NCBI GenBank assembly: GCA_023515725.1
Contig: JALDTO010000192.1
Location: 186,001 to 250,000 of the forward strand
Length of the DNA: 64,000 nucleotides
Direction: 5' to 3'
Source: Amoeboaphelidium protococcarum X5
Lineage: Eukaryota > Fungi > Aphelidiomycota
Position numbers and translations under genes: made by a program. The notes beneath the pieces were generated by a model. That model had not been told where the DNA came from and made no database searches. It saw only the letters and a list, made by a program, of their open reading frames with translations. This document shows, one piece after another, positions 61,940 through 64,000 of this stretch (position 1 is its first letter; each line of letters begins with the position of its first letter).

Positions 61940-62257
61940 TTTACTGCTTCAGTTGCAGATTGATGCCATGTGACTCTTCGTAGCCACTATCATTCGCTTT
62001 TGCATGTGAATATGGCGTATAAATTTGAATTCAAGCACTAACATTATGGTTGTTGCTAGGGAACCGAGTAATGTGGCAATGTATAATGGTTGAAGTTCCT
62101 GGTGATTGTTTGATCATTTTATTTATCCACCCTCTGTTGCTAAGCAGCGTTATTTTCCTTGGTTTTATTGTTAGTTAGTTGCTATAGTAGGCATTTCTCT
62201 TTAACATAATCTGTTATAAGTGGTTATAATTTGGCATATTGCTTTAATTAACATATC

Positions 62258-63575
62258 ATGTTGAGGTATGGTCATTGTTTAGTGTTGAGAAGTATATAAA
62301 TCTAGCATTAAGTGTAGACAGTCGTTGAACAGATTCGGAGTCATATCGCCGTCATTATGCTCCATGCAGAGGGTGACATGTGGCAATTATTAATGGCAAT
62401 AGATGAAATAGATGAGCGTATCATCAAAGATTGATGGTAACAAGGTTGATGTGCATTTTGAGGGTAACGTCAAGAGCCGTTTTGATGCATTTTGGCTGCG
62501 TGACCACTGCAAATGCGAGTAATGTTTCCATCCAACTACGAAGTAACGGCTGGTGGACACCTTCTCCATCCCACAAGATATCACTGCAAAGTCTGTGAAT
62601 ATCAGTGCTAATAATGTTTCCGTGACATGGCCGGATGGACACGTAAGTACCTATGATATTGGTTGGTTGAAACGCCATGCGTACGATCCTCCGACCGGGG
62701 TTGCTAAACTGGTGCAAGCTCGTACGAAAATCTTGTGGGATGTGAAAAAGATCAAAGCCGAGCCTGAGCCAGTTACTCCCTATGATCAGGTGATGGGATC
62801 TGATGATGGTCTGGCTAAATGGCTGAAGAATATCGATATCTACGGATTTGGATACGTGTCGGGCGTCCCTGTGGATCCAGTCAAGACTGAGGAGTTGGCC
62901 AGACGTATCGCATTCATTCGTGAGACTCATTATGGTTAATTTTGGGATTTCACATCCAATCTGGCTCATGGAGATACTGCATACACCAATTTAGCTATTG
63001 GTGGTCACACAGATTCTACTTACTTTACTGACCCAATTGGCCTGTAGCTATTTCACTTGCTGCATCACCACGGCGAAGGCGGTAAAACTCTGCTGGTTGA
63101 TGGATTCAGAATTGCTAATATCATTAAAGATAAGCATCCACAGCATTTCAAAACATTGTCCACGTTCAGAATTCCAACCCACAGCGCTGGAGATGAGTCC
63201 ATTCTCATTCGTCCTACGCCAACAGTTGGATATCCTTTGATTCAGGTAGATCCAACTACTAAGGAAGTTTATCAGATTCGTTATAACAATCACGATCGCT
63301 CGGTGCTCTCTGGACAGAATTATACAGTCGGTCAGATAAAGGATTTCTACGCTGCTCTGAAGGTGTGGAGAGATTTGGTCGTACATAAAGATAGTGAGCA
63401 CTGGATCAAGATGTAGCCTGGCAAAGCTATCATTGTCGACAATTATCGCGTTATGCATGGTCGCAGTGGATTCACTGGTAAGAGACGCTTATCTGGAGCG
63501 TATATCAATTGGGACGATTATAGATCGCGTTTAGCTATGGTGTTAGAAAAGGGTAAAGAGAAGGAGGATTTATGA
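62258..63575 (+). CDS. TMLH: Trimethyllysine dioxygenase (carnitine biosynthesis); intron 62266-62317
   Basis: WLRDHCKC..CFHPTTKQRL, IRETHYG, GDTAYT, HTDSTYFTDP, DNYRVMHGR. Confidence 0.9.
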
Positions 63576-63804
63576 ATAGATTTACTAGAATAGAAGAACA
63601 TCATACTGTAATTAACAGTTTTAGTCTTTCGCAAAGATATTTAGGTGACAAAGTTGGCCCTCTAATGATTGAATTGACTCACATGTCGGAATGACCAGAT
63701 TGTGCGACTCTTCGCAGACACTATGTTTTGCATTATTTTGTACCATTAAAAGATTTTACTTACGCACTTGTCGAATACTTTTTTGTCAAAATAGTAACAT
63801 AAAA

Positions 63805-64000
63805 ATGTAAGGACTTTGCTGGTAAGATATCAAGTATCGAGTGAGGGAGCGATGTCGTGTACGAGTAACATCTCGCGGTCTACGCGATGAAACAACAAAC
63901 AAGTCAATCTTGAAAGGAGTTGATGGACATGTGGAGCCAGGAGAACTTGTGGCCATTATTGGAGCCAGCGGTTCGGGAAAAACTTCGCTGTTGAATGCAT
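63805..64000 (+). CDS. ABCG-family transporter, 3'-truncated by the window
   Basis: LCWQDIKY...ILKGVDGHVEPGELVAIIGASGSGKTSLLNA (Walker A). Confidence 0.85.

Noticed and set aside
1-64000. Apparent mass pseudogenisation from in-frame TAA/TAG in nearly all genes
   Set aside because: The stops are only TAR, fall at Gln positions, and essential genes have no frameshifts; this is code reassignment.

Overview
Gene-dense, intron-poor eukaryotic nuclear DNA that uses a non-standard code: TAA/TAG = Gln and TGA is the only stop. The supplied ORF track is therefore fragmented. The fungal/opisthokont-type proteins plus TAR=Gln point to the aphelid Amoeboaphelidium protococcarum or a close relative (inference). 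Re-read in that code, the window holds about 30 genes, mostly housekeeping (USO1, LysRS, WAPL, SF1/BBP, SNF8, TAM41, DUS2, DnaJB12-like, GPN2, ABI, NOG1, JMJD6, RIC1, PRP3, DCAF7, RasGEF, BMT2, CWC22, TFIIB, TGL2-like, TMLH, ABCG), and one tRNA-Asn. Non-routine structures: (1) two ~4.4-kb inverted-repeat arms (~24.6-29.06 kb and ~39.1-43.57 kb) enclosing 10 kb of conserved genes, with an apparently identical outer 1.2 kb and a diverged inner part, a candidate invertible segment; (2) a 2.8-kb insert bounded by ~40-bp direct repeats carrying a decayed Polinton/Maverick-type integrase and a trypsin-like protease that almost lack TAR-Gln codons, suggesting import from a standard-code donor; (3) candidate host-interaction or laterally acquired genes: a DiT/CitT-like DASS transporter, an algal-type lipocalin, a permuted papain-like enzyme, a CRN-like nuclease and a trio of Cys-rich surface proteins. 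All assignments come from manual translation and motif recognition; no searches were run.
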